Sequence record: MK308676.1
Length of the DNA: 64,000 bases
Strand: one strand, 5' to 3'
Below the pieces are notes generated by a model. The model saw nothing but the letters and a program-made list of their open reading frames with translations, was not told where the DNA came from and searched no databases. The number at the start of each line of letters is the position of its first letter. Position 1 is the first letter of the stretch. Made by a program: the position numbers and the translations under genes. Below are positions 9,706-18,689 of the stretch, piece after piece.

Positions 9706-10043
9706 TTCTTCCTTAGAAAAATTCCATTGTTAAGAGGGATTGAGTTTAAGGCTTTTACAGATGCTTGCATTGGGTCTTTACCAAAAGCTTGGCCCTTGAA
9801 AGCTTTGCTATCTTTACGGCGAATGTCGTAGACAATAGCGCTGTAGCCATCGCGTCCACCTTCGGCACGGAACTCGATTGAGATTTTACCGACCTTAGGT
9901 AGTTCCTGAAGAGCTTTAAAGAAATCGTACTTGATATCTTCTACTGACGCGTCTAAGCCGAGCTTGCTTAGTCGTTCACGGAAGCAGATAACTTCAAGGT
10001 CTGCGATTTCAGATTCATGCGTTAGTATAGTAGTAGAATGCAT
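9702..10043 (-). CDS. Hypothetical protein
   Basis: 113-aa ORF, AAGGAA RBS. Confidence 0.65.
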   Translation of the reverse strand: MHSTTILTHESEIADLEVICFRERLSKLGLDASVEDIKYDFFKALQELPKVGKISIEFRAEGGRDGYSAIVYDIRRKDSKAFKGQAFGKDPMQASVKALNSIPLNNGIFLRKK

Positions 10044-10113
10044 GATTATTTCCTTTTTAGCTGTACTAGAAAATTGAGGCCTAGTGTTTATTTTACAACT
10101 AGGCCATATAGGT

Positions 10114-10452
10114 TTAAAGAGCCGTTGGGAAACTTAGCTTCTGTAGGTTCATGTAAACGTCTACCACGGAACCTGACAGTGGAGCGTCTCTATCTACAAG
10201 GCTTACTTTAAACTCATGCAGTGCTTGGAACTGACTGCCCACTTCATGGAAGTCGGCCATGTCGATATCAAATACGATGCAGCGCTTATCTTCGTGATTG
10301 CAGTAGATAGGGTTAGTCATGTATGTCAGGAGCTTGCTCACATCCGTATTAAGGTGTTCGCGTGAGATTAACCACGACATAAACGGAGCACCGTCTTCAC
10401 TCGGCACTTCTTCACGGTAAAGTTTGAATAGGTCTTTAAGTAGTTGTTTCAT
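10114..10452 (-). CDS. Hypothetical protein
   Basis: 112-aa ORF, AAGGA RBS. Confidence 0.65.
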   Translation of the reverse strand: MKQLLKDLFKLYREEVPSEDGAPFMSWLISREHLNTDVSKLLTYMTNPIYCNHEDKRCIVFDIDMADFHEVGSQFQALHEFKVSLVDRDAPLSGSVVDVYMNLQKLSFPTAL

Positions 10453-10509
10453 TGGAATATCCTTCTGTTATTTAAAACGTCGCTCGCTATCATATAGGAG
10501 GACTTATCG

Positions 10510-10836
10510 ATGAGTCTTGAATTAGTTAGGAAGAAAACCATAATGGCCTTCCATGCACGAGTAAGGTGCCCTAGGCGCATTGCCGTAAGACAGCTAGTTG
10601 AAATTAAACGAAAACTTTTAAGGACAAGATATGGCAAGTATCAATCCCGCGTTCGTCAAAGAGAACTTGGCAACGCTAGAGAAGATGGCTCAGTCTCATT
10701 TGAGAACGGGAGCGGCAACAATCTCGCCAGGCGGCAAAGTAAAACTGGAAGTAAAGAAAGTAACCAAGCTTCCAGCAAAAGAAGCCGGAACTCAGTGGTT
10801 AGTAGAATCAAGAACAGACAAAGGCCATCTACGTGA
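10510..10836 (+). CDS. Possible basic R/K/S-rich protein overlapping the next gene
   Basis: Strong AGGAGG RBS before ATG 10510; overlaps 10631..10954 by 206 nt in another frame. Confidence 0.3.
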   Translation: MSLELVRKKTIMAFHARVRCPRRIAVRQLVEIKRKLLRTRYGKYQSRVRQRELGNAREDGSVSFENGSGNNLARRQSKTGSKESNQASSKRSRNSVVSRIKNRQRPST

Positions 10837-10954
10837 ATGGGTAATCGATGCCCACAACGCAGCGGACTTCGTTCTCCAGTTCAATGTAGAAATGACTTAC
10901 AAGCAAAGTACTCGTAACCCAGATACCTTTGCTGTTCATGCTTGGGTTGGTTAA
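10631..10954 (+). CDS. Hypothetical protein
   Basis: 107-aa ORF with AAGGA RBS, followed by a hairpin at 10963-10988. Confidence 0.7.
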   Translation: MASINPAFVKENLATLEKMAQSHLRTGAATISPGGKVKLEVKKVTKLPAKEAGTQWLVESRTDKGHLREWVIDAHNAADFVLQFNVEMTYKQSTRNPDTFAVHAWVG

Positions 10955-10978
10955 AATGACTATCTCTCCTAAGGAAAC

Positions 10979-11365
10979 TTAGGAGAGTATGTCTTCTAAC
11001 ATTTTTGTTGGGTCTGTAGCGTTAAAGACCTTAGGTACGAAGCCGACTTCTCTAAGCGCATATTGTTCTAAGCGAACAAAGTAGCGGAAGAACTCTTCTT
11101 CTTCACCTTCACTGTAAGCTAACAGAACCGTGGTAGCGAACATCTTATCGTAGCTCTCTTGCCACTCCCTAAAGGTATAAGCCATTAGGTTAGTGAGCTG
11201 TTGCAGCGATAAGTCTTTAGGGTCTTTAGCAGAGTTAGTCTCAACCTCTGCTTTGACGCGTATCCAATCGCGACCAATGCGGCGGGCATCATTGCGGTGT
11301 TTGCGCAATTCTTTAGCCGCTTTAACCCTTCTCGCTTGTAGCCACCATCGACAAAGATTTAACAT
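10979..11365 (-). CDS. Hypothetical protein
   Basis: 128-aa ORF. Confidence 0.65.
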   Translation of the reverse strand: MLNLCRWWLQARRVKAAKELRKHRNDARRIGRDWIRVKAEVETNSAKDPKDLSLQQLTNLMAYTFREWQESYDKMFATTVLLAYSEGEEEEFFRYFVRLEQYALREVGFVPKVFNATDPTKMLEDILS

Positions 11366-11368
11366 GTC

Positions 11369-12889
11369 TTATTCCCCTTTCTTACGATAGGCGTTAGCGT
11401 TCTCGATACCGCCGCTCCATAAAGAACATAGACCCAGTAGTTCGAGGAAGCTTTCTTTCGAATCGATGCTGCGCACGGGAGAGAAGGTAAAGTCTTCACG
11501 ACAATAGTCCTTATCCGCAACAAACTTCATCCACTCGACTTGGTTAGGTAAGTCGTGCGTATGACGTAAGCTACCTAAGGACTGGTTGTATGAAGCCATC
11601 GCCCATAACGCGTAGGTGTGTTCTCCATCACTCTCTACAATATGCTCCCACGTGACATCGCCGTATCCCGGCAAACATGCAACTGGAACAGGCGCATCTT
11701 GAACCTTAGAGAACCGACAAGCTGCCCCGAAGTTTAGCATCTCCGCGGTTAGCTCTTGACAACCTCGAGGTACAAAGAACGCCCCGATGATGCCACTAGG
11801 GCCAGTCTTGTTGCGGCCGACTTCTACTTCCACATAGTGACCATTATGGAGCTCAACAGCACGCGAGATACGAAGGCTGTACGTAGACATGAACTTCAGA
11901 GTCTCAGGCACGCCGCAGAAGTTACCTCCCTTTTTCTCGGTCACTCCTCGAATTATAGGTACCGTACCATTACTACCTAACTGTAACATGGTCTGCTTAC
12001 TTACAGCTAAGACCTCCATTGCCATATGTGCCAACGCCAGCGTTTTCTTATTACCGGTCTCTGACATGTTAGGCATGTACAGTGTAGTGTCGGCCACGGC
12101 GAAGTCACCAGACATAGGTACGATTCCGGCCGAAGCTGCCATGCGTAAGCTGGCCTTATAGCTAGAAAGATTATTAGGTAGAGAAACGCAGTTTTCTAGC
12201 AAATATTCCGAGCGGGCTTGATGTGGGCAATCCATGTAGACGTGAATGGTCATAGGCGATGCAGTTTCCATTATCTGCTTATGCAGCCAATCGGTCAGCA
12301 AACGACGGAACACGATATATTCTTCAGATGAAGATACCAAGATATGACCATTGGGCATACCTACGTATTCTTCGCCAGAAGCGTGTACCTTTCTCATGCC
12401 GAGAAGAACATCCATCCATGTCTTAGTTTGAATCGGCATAGGTAAACGCGGGAACGTAGGGAATACCTGCCCAGCTAACCCTAGAGGCTTTACCTGTCCG
12501 GTATAGAAGTAACCGTTCCATTTAGGGTCTGCGACTATATCCTCAATATCGTCGTAGCGCTCGATATAACGGCAAAGGACACCGACCACGTGATTTAGAA
12601 GATGACTGATTTCAGAGATATTGACCTTATCGTTCATGTAATCGTCCATAGTCACATTGACTTGGTCGTCCCACTTAACGAAAACTTCACACAGGTGGTT
12701 ATTAGCGTTCACGTCATTTACCATAATGACGTCGGCCTTCACGAAATGTTCATCACGTTCGGTGATGATAACGTCTACCGACTTCGTTCCGTAGATGCCG
12801 TAAAAGTTCTCTTTTACAGGAACCAGTTCGGTTTTAAGTGAGCCTTGGTCGTTCTTATGGATAAAGAAAGATACTGGAATCTTTTTCAT
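11369..12889 (-). CDS. UvsX/RecA-fold protein with apparently degenerate P-loop
   Basis: RLPMPIQTKTWMDVLLG...GEEYVGMPNGHILV resembles the RecA/UvsX pre-Walker-A segment; GVPETLKFMSTYSLRI and VEVGRNKTGPSG resemble RecA-family C-terminal strands. No GxxxxGK[ST] found. Confidence 0.45.
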   Translation of the reverse strand: MKKIPVSFFIHKNDQGSLKTELVPVKENFYGIYGTKSVDVIITERDEHFVKADVIMVNDVNANNHLCEVFVKWDDQVNVTMDDYMNDKVNISEISHLLNHVVGVLCRYIERYDDIEDIVADPKWNGYFYTGQVKPLGLAGQVFPTFPRLPMPIQTKTWMDVLLGMRKVHASGEEYVGMPNGHILVSSSEEYIVFRRLLTDWLHKQIMETASPMTIHVYMDCPHQARSEYLLENCVSLPNNLSSYKASLRMAASAGIVPMSGDFAVADTTLYMPNMSETGNKKTLALAHMAMEVLAVSKQTMLQLGSNGTVPIIRGVTEKKGGNFCGVPETLKFMSTYSLRISRAVELHNGHYVEVEVGRNKTGPSGIIGAFFVPRGCQELTAEMLNFGAACRFSKVQDAPVPVACLPGYGDVTWEHIVESDGEHTYALWAMASYNQSLGSLRHTHDLPNQVEWMKFVADKDYCREDFTFSPVRSIDSKESFLELLGLCSLWSGGIENANAYRKKGE

Positions 12890-12894
12890 GTTAG

Positions 12895-13338
12895 TTACTC
12901 CATTCCGTCTAGGATAAGAGGGATGCTCACTTCTAGGTCAACGTCACCGTCTTCAAGATGGTATTTGAAACGTGCCTTACCTAGTTCAGCATCTAGAGGT
13001 GCGTCGTCGTTTAGACAACAGAACCAAGTCGCTCTTAGCTTGCCAGGTTCGTTAAAGTCGCTAAGTTGCAGCGGCGGAAGGTTCGCCCACGTACCGTCAT
13101 TCTCGTCCATGTCTTCCCATTCTTTGTTAAAGATGAAGTGTAGTGTATTTTCAAACATGTTGTTGATGACAGACGTAGTGGTAGTATATGCGTCCAGTTT
13201 AGACGCACGGCCATCGATGTGACAAACGGCTAGGTAGCCAGTATCAACCATCTCTACTGCACCCTTTGCGTGCTCATTTAGAAGTCCTGTCTCAGAAACG
13301 ACTTTAACAGAAACTGGATTTACTTTTAGGCCTTTCAT
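12895..13338 (-). CDS. Hypothetical protein
   Basis: 147-aa ORF, GAGG RBS. Confidence 0.7.
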   Translation of the reverse strand: MKGLKVNPVSVKVVSETGLLNEHAKGAVEMVDTGYLAVCHIDGRASKLDAYTTTTSVINNMFENTLHFIFNKEWEDMDENDGTWANLPPLQLSDFNEPGKLRATWFCCLNDDAPLDAELGKARFKYHLEDGDVDLEVSIPLILDGME

Positions 13339-13408
13339 GTTGTTATCCTCTAATTTTATGTGTCATACTCGACACGTTTTATTCACTACTATAAGGAATA
13401 GTAATTTG

Positions 13409-13960
13409 ATGCAAATGTTCTTAACCGTACTTCGCTTCTTTGTTCTTCTACCTTTCCACTGGCTTGTGACGTTGCTTTGCTACATCCTAGCTCCAGTGTT
13501 ACCTTTAACCGCTATTGGTAAAGAGACGTTACCTAAATGGCTTTCGTGGTTCCAAACGCCTGACGCTCCACTCGATGGAGATTTAGGTTTCCGTTTAGAA
13601 CATGAAGCCAAAGGAACACATCCTTATCTACAGCGCGTCTATTGGTTATGGAGAAATCCAGCATATGGTTTCTCTTGGGGACTCTTAGCTTATCAATCTA
13701 TCAAAGGAATGAAGATTCATACCTTGGGCGATATTAAAGCGAAAGATGACCCTTATAAGGCAGGTTGGTCCATTAGCTGGACTGAGGACAAGAAGGCGTT
13801 TCAAGTACGGGCGTTTGTTCCAACCATCCCTGGTAAGTGTTTAAAGTTTAGGTTCGGTTGGAAACTGCGTTGGTTAGTCAACGACTGTAACGGAATTGCG
13901 AATGGCTCCAAACGTAAGTTCGTCTTCACTTGCAACCCGTTCAAATCTCGCCGTCCTTAA
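13409..13960 (+). CDS. Trp-rich phage membrane-associated protein
   Basis: Hydrophobic N-terminus, WLSWFQTPDAPLDGD and YWLWRNPAYGF motifs. Start moved to 13409 (AAGGAA RBS). Confidence 0.7.
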   Translation: MQMFLTVLRFFVLLPFHWLVTLLCYILAPVLPLTAIGKETLPKWLSWFQTPDAPLDGDLGFRLEHEAKGTHPYLQRVYWLWRNPAYGFSWGLLAYQSIKGMKIHTLGDIKAKDDPYKAGWSISWTEDKKAFQVRAFVPTIPGKCLKFRFGWKLRWLVNDCNGIANGSKRKFVFTCNPFKSRRP

Positions 13961-13974
13961 TTAAGTTAGCCATT

Positions 13975-13998
13975 GGTCTCTTACTTCGGTAAGAGACC
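13975..13998 (+). terminator. Intrinsic terminator
   Basis: GGTCTCTTAC-TTCG-GTAAGAGACC followed by TTTTTT. Confidence 0.85.
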
Positions 13999-14053
13999 TT
14001 TTTTCTTTTTACCCAAAAGAAAAGGCCCTATTCAAAGGGCCCCGTAGGTAGTG

Positions 14054-14878
14054 TTAGTTTTCTAGTGCTTTAACTAGAGTTTTAGCTTCCGGTAGGGTCA
14101 GCTTAGATTCCAATAGGAATTTATCCAGAGCGTCACATACAGGAATCGTAGTGATGACGGTATTGTCCATCGTGATAGGCTGAGTCTTATCACGGACCCA
14201 AAGAATCTTCTTCTGACCATTGCGGAACTCGCGCCCAGTAAGCCCACACTTCTTAGAGCCCATGCGAGCCTTGAAGTTAGAGAACGATAGTGCATATGTG
14301 CCGCCATGGTTCTCTACAAAGACACCGAACTCCATGTATGCGCGTGCTAAGAACAGTTCATTGTTCTCACTGCGCATCTCTTCGCTAAAGACGAAGAACG
14401 GAAGACCTTCTTGATTGAAAGACTTATGTTCCGGGACAATAGCGGCCTTTTCACCAGCGGCTAAAATGGTGGCACCGCAGTAACGTTCGCGAATTCCGCG
14501 TAAAGCTTCAGGGTTGAAGAGTGTTGCACAAAGCTTGTTACGAACTTCCATGAGGTGCTTACGTTGCGGCGTACTCGTATCATGGGACTCGAACAAGCGA
14601 GCTTTCTCTTCATTAGCGTCGTGGCGAACCAGACACACGTTACCTTTCTGATAAGGTAAGGCATTGTCGATACGCTCAATAGTAACACTATCCTCTTTAC
14701 GTTCATCGTTCGAGAGAACCATGGGTAGGCCAGTATAATCACAGACACCGCCGTTGCGACGGAATAATTCACGCCAGTCATCGAGCGACAAGCGGAAACC
14801 AATATCACGAGAGCGCTTGCTTTGTGCTTTCGTTTCGTATTTGCGGTCCACTAATTGCTCATCGTACCATACAGACAT
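14054..14878 (-). CDS. HNH-like (beta-beta-alpha) domain protein with duplicated module, possibly T4 Srd-like
   Basis: RDIGFRLSLDDWRELF...CDYTG...VTIERIDNALPYQKGNVCLV...N; a degenerate second copy follows (YALSFSNFKARMGSKKCGLTG). Confidence 0.5.
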   Translation of the reverse strand: MSVWYDEQLVDRKYETKAQSKRSRDIGFRLSLDDWRELFRRNGGVCDYTGLPMVLSNDERKEDSVTIERIDNALPYQKGNVCLVRHDANEEKARLFESHDTSTPQRKHLMEVRNKLCATLFNPEALRGIRERYCGATILAAGEKAAIVPEHKSFNQEGLPFFVFSEEMRSENNELFLARAYMEFGVFVENHGGTYALSFSNFKARMGSKKCGLTGREFRNGQKKILWVRDKTQPITMDNTVITTIPVCDALDKFLLESKLTLPEAKTLVKALEN

Positions 14879-14962
14879 AATGTCTCCTTTGTTGGTCGTT
14901 GTAAAAAGATTAAGGTAAGAATAAGAAACCCTCATCTCCCGAAAGAGATGAGGGGGATGTTA

Positions 14963-15904
14963 TTAAGGTTGTTTAACAGAGCACTTGAATTGACGCTGGC
15001 CAAAACGAGTCATGCGGTAAGCTGCTAAGAACTCACCGACCAGTTCATATTCGAAGTCAGTATGGCCGTCACCACTGGCAGCAGTTCGAACTAACTTCAT
15101 GTCCCAACGTTTTTCGTATGCGGTCGCTCCGACGGATTCGTCCGAGATTCGAAGAATACGGTCACCGTCAGCATCATAGACGATGACGTCACCGTTCACT
15201 TCAACTGACTTACGGAGTACGTCGTTTTTATCGTACATCAATGTCATGTGCTGTTCGTAATTATCGCCGATTGAAACGAACGAGTAGAAGTCCGCGCCTT
15301 GCGCCGTATGCGTATGCCATTGTCGTGCAGACGAAATGATGTCACCGCTAACGTAGTTTACAAGCGCACTGCTGAACTCATGTCCTTTACCGCGCTTAGC
15401 AGTGAAGGTTGTCTTCGGTCCCTTGGTAGGCGTTGAAATGCAATGTGTTTCAAACCCGTCTTCCGTCATAGTAATGAGATAGTTGAACTTCTCTCTATTT
15501 TCCGTCAGGAAACATTCGTCGGCGGGTTTAGGATTAAGGCTCTTCATTGGCTCCGGATAAGAACCGAAACGACATGGCGCCTCAGGATTCTTAGGGAAAC
15601 GGAACACTTCCTTACCGTTTAGACAATGTAGTGCCAAGTCGAAGTAAACGAAACTTTCGGTCTCGACAAGAGTTCGGCAGAACTTACTGAGAGCAGAGCC
15701 AGTCAGGTGCTCCGCACCAGTTAATTGAGAGAAGTCACATTGGAACAGTTCCCATGCGTTTAGTTTAAGTACGCCCATGCGAAGGATGAAATCCATGTCC
15801 ATCTCAGAGACGTCGCTTAGAATCGCGCGCAGGATAGCTTTAGTTACAGGGACTTTAGTAAGGGCAGACTTAGCTTTAGTTAGGTCAACGGTTTTAATTT
15901 TCAT
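14963..15904 (-). CDS. Hypothetical protein, member of dispersed beta-hairpin-rich paralogue family
   Basis: Helical N-terminus followed by YD/RHS-like hairpins (LMYDKNDVLRK, VYDADGDRIL). Confidence 0.75.
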   Translation of the reverse strand: MKIKTVDLTKAKSALTKVPVTKAILRAILSDVSEMDMDFILRMGVLKLNAWELFQCDFSQLTGAEHLTGSALSKFCRTLVETESFVYFDLALHCLNGKEVFRFPKNPEAPCRFGSYPEPMKSLNPKPADECFLTENREKFNYLITMTEDGFETHCISTPTKGPKTTFTAKRGKGHEFSSALVNYVSGDIISSARQWHTHTAQGADFYSFVSIGDNYEQHMTLMYDKNDVLRKSVEVNGDVIVYDADGDRILRISDESVGATAYEKRWDMKLVRTAASGDGHTDFEYELVGEFLAAYRMTRFGQRQFKCSVKQP

Positions 15905-16009
15905 AATGATATTTCCTTTCAATATCGTTTCTTATTTTAAGAAACATTTAAGTAAAGCTGCTACGTTTTCACAGCCGAGGTACGTCCTCTTTAGGACGCA
16001 TGCATAAAG

Positions 16010-16020
16010 GTAATATAGGT
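16010..16020 (-). promoter_or_regulatory. Putative phage early promoter ACCTATATTAC
   Basis: Exact 11-mer also at 31806 and 45461, each upstream of a minus-strand block; contains TATATTAC, the phiKZ early-promoter consensus as I recall it. Confidence 0.6.
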
Positions 16021-16049
16021 GACAGTTTTTATTGAGTGACAAGCCTTTT

Positions 16050-16058
16050 AATCTTATG
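16050..16058 (+). promoter_or_regulatory. Putative late promoter AATCTTATG
   Basis: Exact 9-mer also at 45486 and 53561, each 30-60 nt upstream of a plus-strand gene; contains TATG, the phiKZ late consensus as I recall it. Confidence 0.45.
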
Positions 16059-16110
16059 GTGCACCAACGCGCTCTATCCCGACTTTGGTCGGCCTAAGAG
16101 GGAATATAAA

Positions 16111-16842
16111 ATGATTACTAATCAAAGCTTCATTACGCAGCTTTATACTTTTAGTAGCGGTACCCTGACGCCTCTCCCTTACTTCATCATAGAGGAACAG
16201 GACTACGACTACTTAAAGGAAACCGCCGATGTTGCAAGCGGACTTTATCCAATTGTAGATGAAGACATCAGTGATGGGATACGTGCCGACACAATCGGCA
16301 TACGCGACGATAAGGTCATGTTCGTACAAGGGAACGGACAAGAGATTGAACTCAAAGTTAATCGCGGCTATGTACCTAAACATAGTGCCATTCGTAACTA
16401 TAGTAAGGAAGACTTCGTTGAAGTTTCTGACGAACTATACGTAAGAAAAGAAGCAGGACGTTCCGCATGGGGTGTTGACGAATGGGTCAAGTTAAAGTCA
16501 GGACACAAGGTCTCTGAGATTTTCTACTACGATGCTCGCACTCAAAGCACGGTAGGTAAACAAGCTACAGGTATCGTGGTAATCGCAGAAGATACTCGAT
16601 TCTTTAACCGAGTCATTGTGCCGGGCGATAGCATCCTAATCGACTTCGCACATGAACTACAAAACTTTTCCTTGCAAGTAGCAGCCAATGGTTCTGTTGA
16701 GTTCACCATTGCTGACAGCATCGATATAGAAGCCATGGAAATTAATGAAGACGGTGAGTTGGTTTTTGAACATGCACTCGCTAGTTCAGACACGGCTAAC
16801 GTCTACGTCGATGACGACGGCTACCTAATCGTAGAAGAATAA
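16111..16842 (+). CDS. Putative virion/tail-associated protein
   Basis: Acidic, beta-rich; first gene of the tailspike island. ATG 16111 after GAGGG RBS. Confidence 0.7.
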   Translation: MITNQSFITQLYTFSSGTLTPLPYFIIEEQDYDYLKETADVASGLYPIVDEDISDGIRADTIGIRDDKVMFVQGNGQEIELKVNRGYVPKHSAIRNYSKEDFVEVSDELYVRKEAGRSAWGVDEWVKLKSGHKVSEIFYYDARTQSTVGKQATGIVVIAEDTRFFNRVIVPGDSILIDFAHELQNFSLQVAANGSVEFTIADSIDIEAMEINEDGELVFEHALASSDTANVYVDDDGYLIVEE

Positions 16843-16855
16843 AGAGGTAAAGGAA

Positions 16856-17410
16856 ATGGTTAAAACAGTAGTAGGTCGCATCCGTGGCGATAAGTACAAC
16901 GGCCATGATGTCAGCCAGGCCTATAAGAAACTAGACGAAGTCTACGATGATGGTAAAGCGTATGTCTGTAAACAGGACGTAGCTGAAAACTCCAACACTC
17001 CTTTATCCGATGAAACTAAATGGCAGCTCTTTGCCACCTTTACTACTTACGGTACCTACTTCACGCATGACTCCAACCGAGCTTATGTCGACGGTGACCA
17101 AGTGTGGATTGATAACAAGGTCTACGTAGCAATCGATGACATTCCAGCAGATAGTGACATCCCGTTAACGGACGATACTAAGTGGGAAGTCCGCCTTACC
17201 GGCGGAGCGGAAAGTTTGCCAGTCGAGTTAAGACATGCGATTGATTTCAGAACCGTAGATGAAGATTTGCGACAACTATCTGAAAACCTTCTTATGGCAG
17301 CTCCTACTAAACCTCCAAGATTGCCCGGACTTATAAAGGTTTGCCCTTCTTTGAGTAAGCGTTATATTTCCGTAGGCACAACAGCGGCTTCTGATTGGGA
17401 GGAATTCTAA
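16856..17410 (+). CDS. Tail-associated protein with two CBM5/12-like repeats
   Basis: Two Y..GD.V....K.Y.....I.....PL.D.TKW repeats; N-terminus paralogous to 18690. Confidence 0.65.
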   Translation: MVKTVVGRIRGDKYNGHDVSQAYKKLDEVYDDGKAYVCKQDVAENSNTPLSDETKWQLFATFTTYGTYFTHDSNRAYVDGDQVWIDNKVYVAIDDIPADSDIPLTDDTKWEVRLTGGAESLPVELRHAIDFRTVDEDLRQLSENLLMAAPTKPPRLPGLIKVCPSLSKRYISVGTTAASDWEEF

Positions 17411-18675
17411 TGACTGATATCTATCTAAAGAAAGTAGCGACCGGTTCTGGTAACGGTTCGGGCTGGGACAATGCTAAAGCGTTTACGGACTCCACGGCTT
17501 TAAGAGTGGACCTAGAGACCTTACGCGCAGGCGATACTCTCTATATCGGTAACGACTTCGGTAAACGTGACTGGCTAGAAACAGACATCCTGATGATAGT
17601 CAACGCTGTGAACGGTACAGAAGATGACCCTATCACTTTCTGTGGCTCTGCCGTAACAGACACTACGGAACTACATGCGGCAGCAAAAGGTAAGGGCCCT
17701 ATCTTCCATGGCGGGGCAGAGGCGCCGATGCGCCTAGGTGACTCAAAAGGAGTAGACTTCCTCAGAGTTGAAAGAGACCACTATAAATTCTTGGGATTAA
17801 ACCTGGTCAACGCAGGTTACTTCCTGACAATACGCAATCGTCCAGTCACTGGGATAACGGTGGCAGACTGTCAGACCTACGGAACGGAATTAGTTTTCTC
17901 TTGCGGCGCAGGAGACTCGGACGTTACTGGCTTGGATGTCTCCAACTTCATAGCTGGTAATGTCTCTGGTGGTTTTGGTCTCTTTAGAAACGGTAAGAAA
18001 TTAAGTTTCAGCGACGTGCATGTCTCCCATAGTGAGGAGACGACTGACGTCTTCGGACTAAAGTTCGGTGCAGCCGGAGATGCGAGCAGCGTAGTCGAAG
18101 AGATACTCGTCCGCGATTCTTCTTTTACAGGCGGCTATAACTTTAACGGCTCGCCTTCTTACGTTCAGGGCGACGGCATTATTGCCGAGATTGGCACTTC
18201 TGAAATAGACATCGACAACGTGCGCATTAGTCTATACGGCGATGCCGCAATTGACCTGAAGTCCACCAATGCCAGAATCAAACGTGCGGACATCCAGAGA
18301 TGTAAGTACGGCATCAAGCTGTGGGGCCTTGGCGAGAACTTAATCGAAAACTCCATCGTGAGTAACTGTTCCTTAGGTGCCATTCAGTGCATCGCTGACA
18401 TCGTGGCTAAGAACAGTACCTTTAAGGGCACGGCCGACAGTAAATGCTTATTGAACCTAACGAAGAATAACCTCGACGGGGATAAGCTGGGCGAACTAAC
18501 CCTGGAAGATTGCGTCCTGGAATATCCAGACCCAAGCCGTCTTATCTACGGCTATGCCGGTAACAAAGTACACATGAAGAACTGCATGGTGAACGGAGTG
18601 CTCATTAAAGAGACTAAGTTCCTTCTACCGGCGCAGGGCTCATTCGGCATTGTAGATGACCTAACTGACTTTTAA
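17410..18675 (+). CDS. Right-handed parallel beta-helix (pectin lyase-like) protein, putative tailspike/depolymerase
   Basis: GNGSGWDNA start; QGDGIIAE...IDNVRISLYGDAAIDLKS...CKYGIKLWG...IENSIVSNC PbH1-like repeats. TAATG coupling with GGAGG RBS. Confidence 0.7.
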   Translation: MTDIYLKKVATGSGNGSGWDNAKAFTDSTALRVDLETLRAGDTLYIGNDFGKRDWLETDILMIVNAVNGTEDDPITFCGSAVTDTTELHAAAKGKGPIFHGGAEAPMRLGDSKGVDFLRVERDHYKFLGLNLVNAGYFLTIRNRPVTGITVADCQTYGTELVFSCGAGDSDVTGLDVSNFIAGNVSGGFGLFRNGKKLSFSDVHVSHSEETTDVFGLKFGAAGDASSVVEEILVRDSSFTGGYNFNGSPSYVQGDGIIAEIGTSEIDIDNVRISLYGDAAIDLKSTNARIKRADIQRCKYGIKLWGLGENLIENSIVSNCSLGAIQCIADIVAKNSTFKGTADSKCLLNLTKNNLDGDKLGELTLEDCVLEYPDPSRLIYGYAGNKVHMKNCMVNGVLIKETKFLLPAQGSFGIVDDLTDF

Positions 18676-18689
18676 GGAAGGAGACTAAC

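Noticed and set aside
11369-12889. DnaB replicative helicase call from the RNKTGPSG arginine-finger-like motif
   Set aside because: No SLEM, DYLQL or QLNR motifs; flanking segments fit RecA/UvsX better.
17395-17412. Frameshift fusion of 16856 and 17410 genes, by analogy with the second tailspike
   Set aside because: Clean GGAGG RBS and TAATG stop-start overlap indicate two coupled genes.
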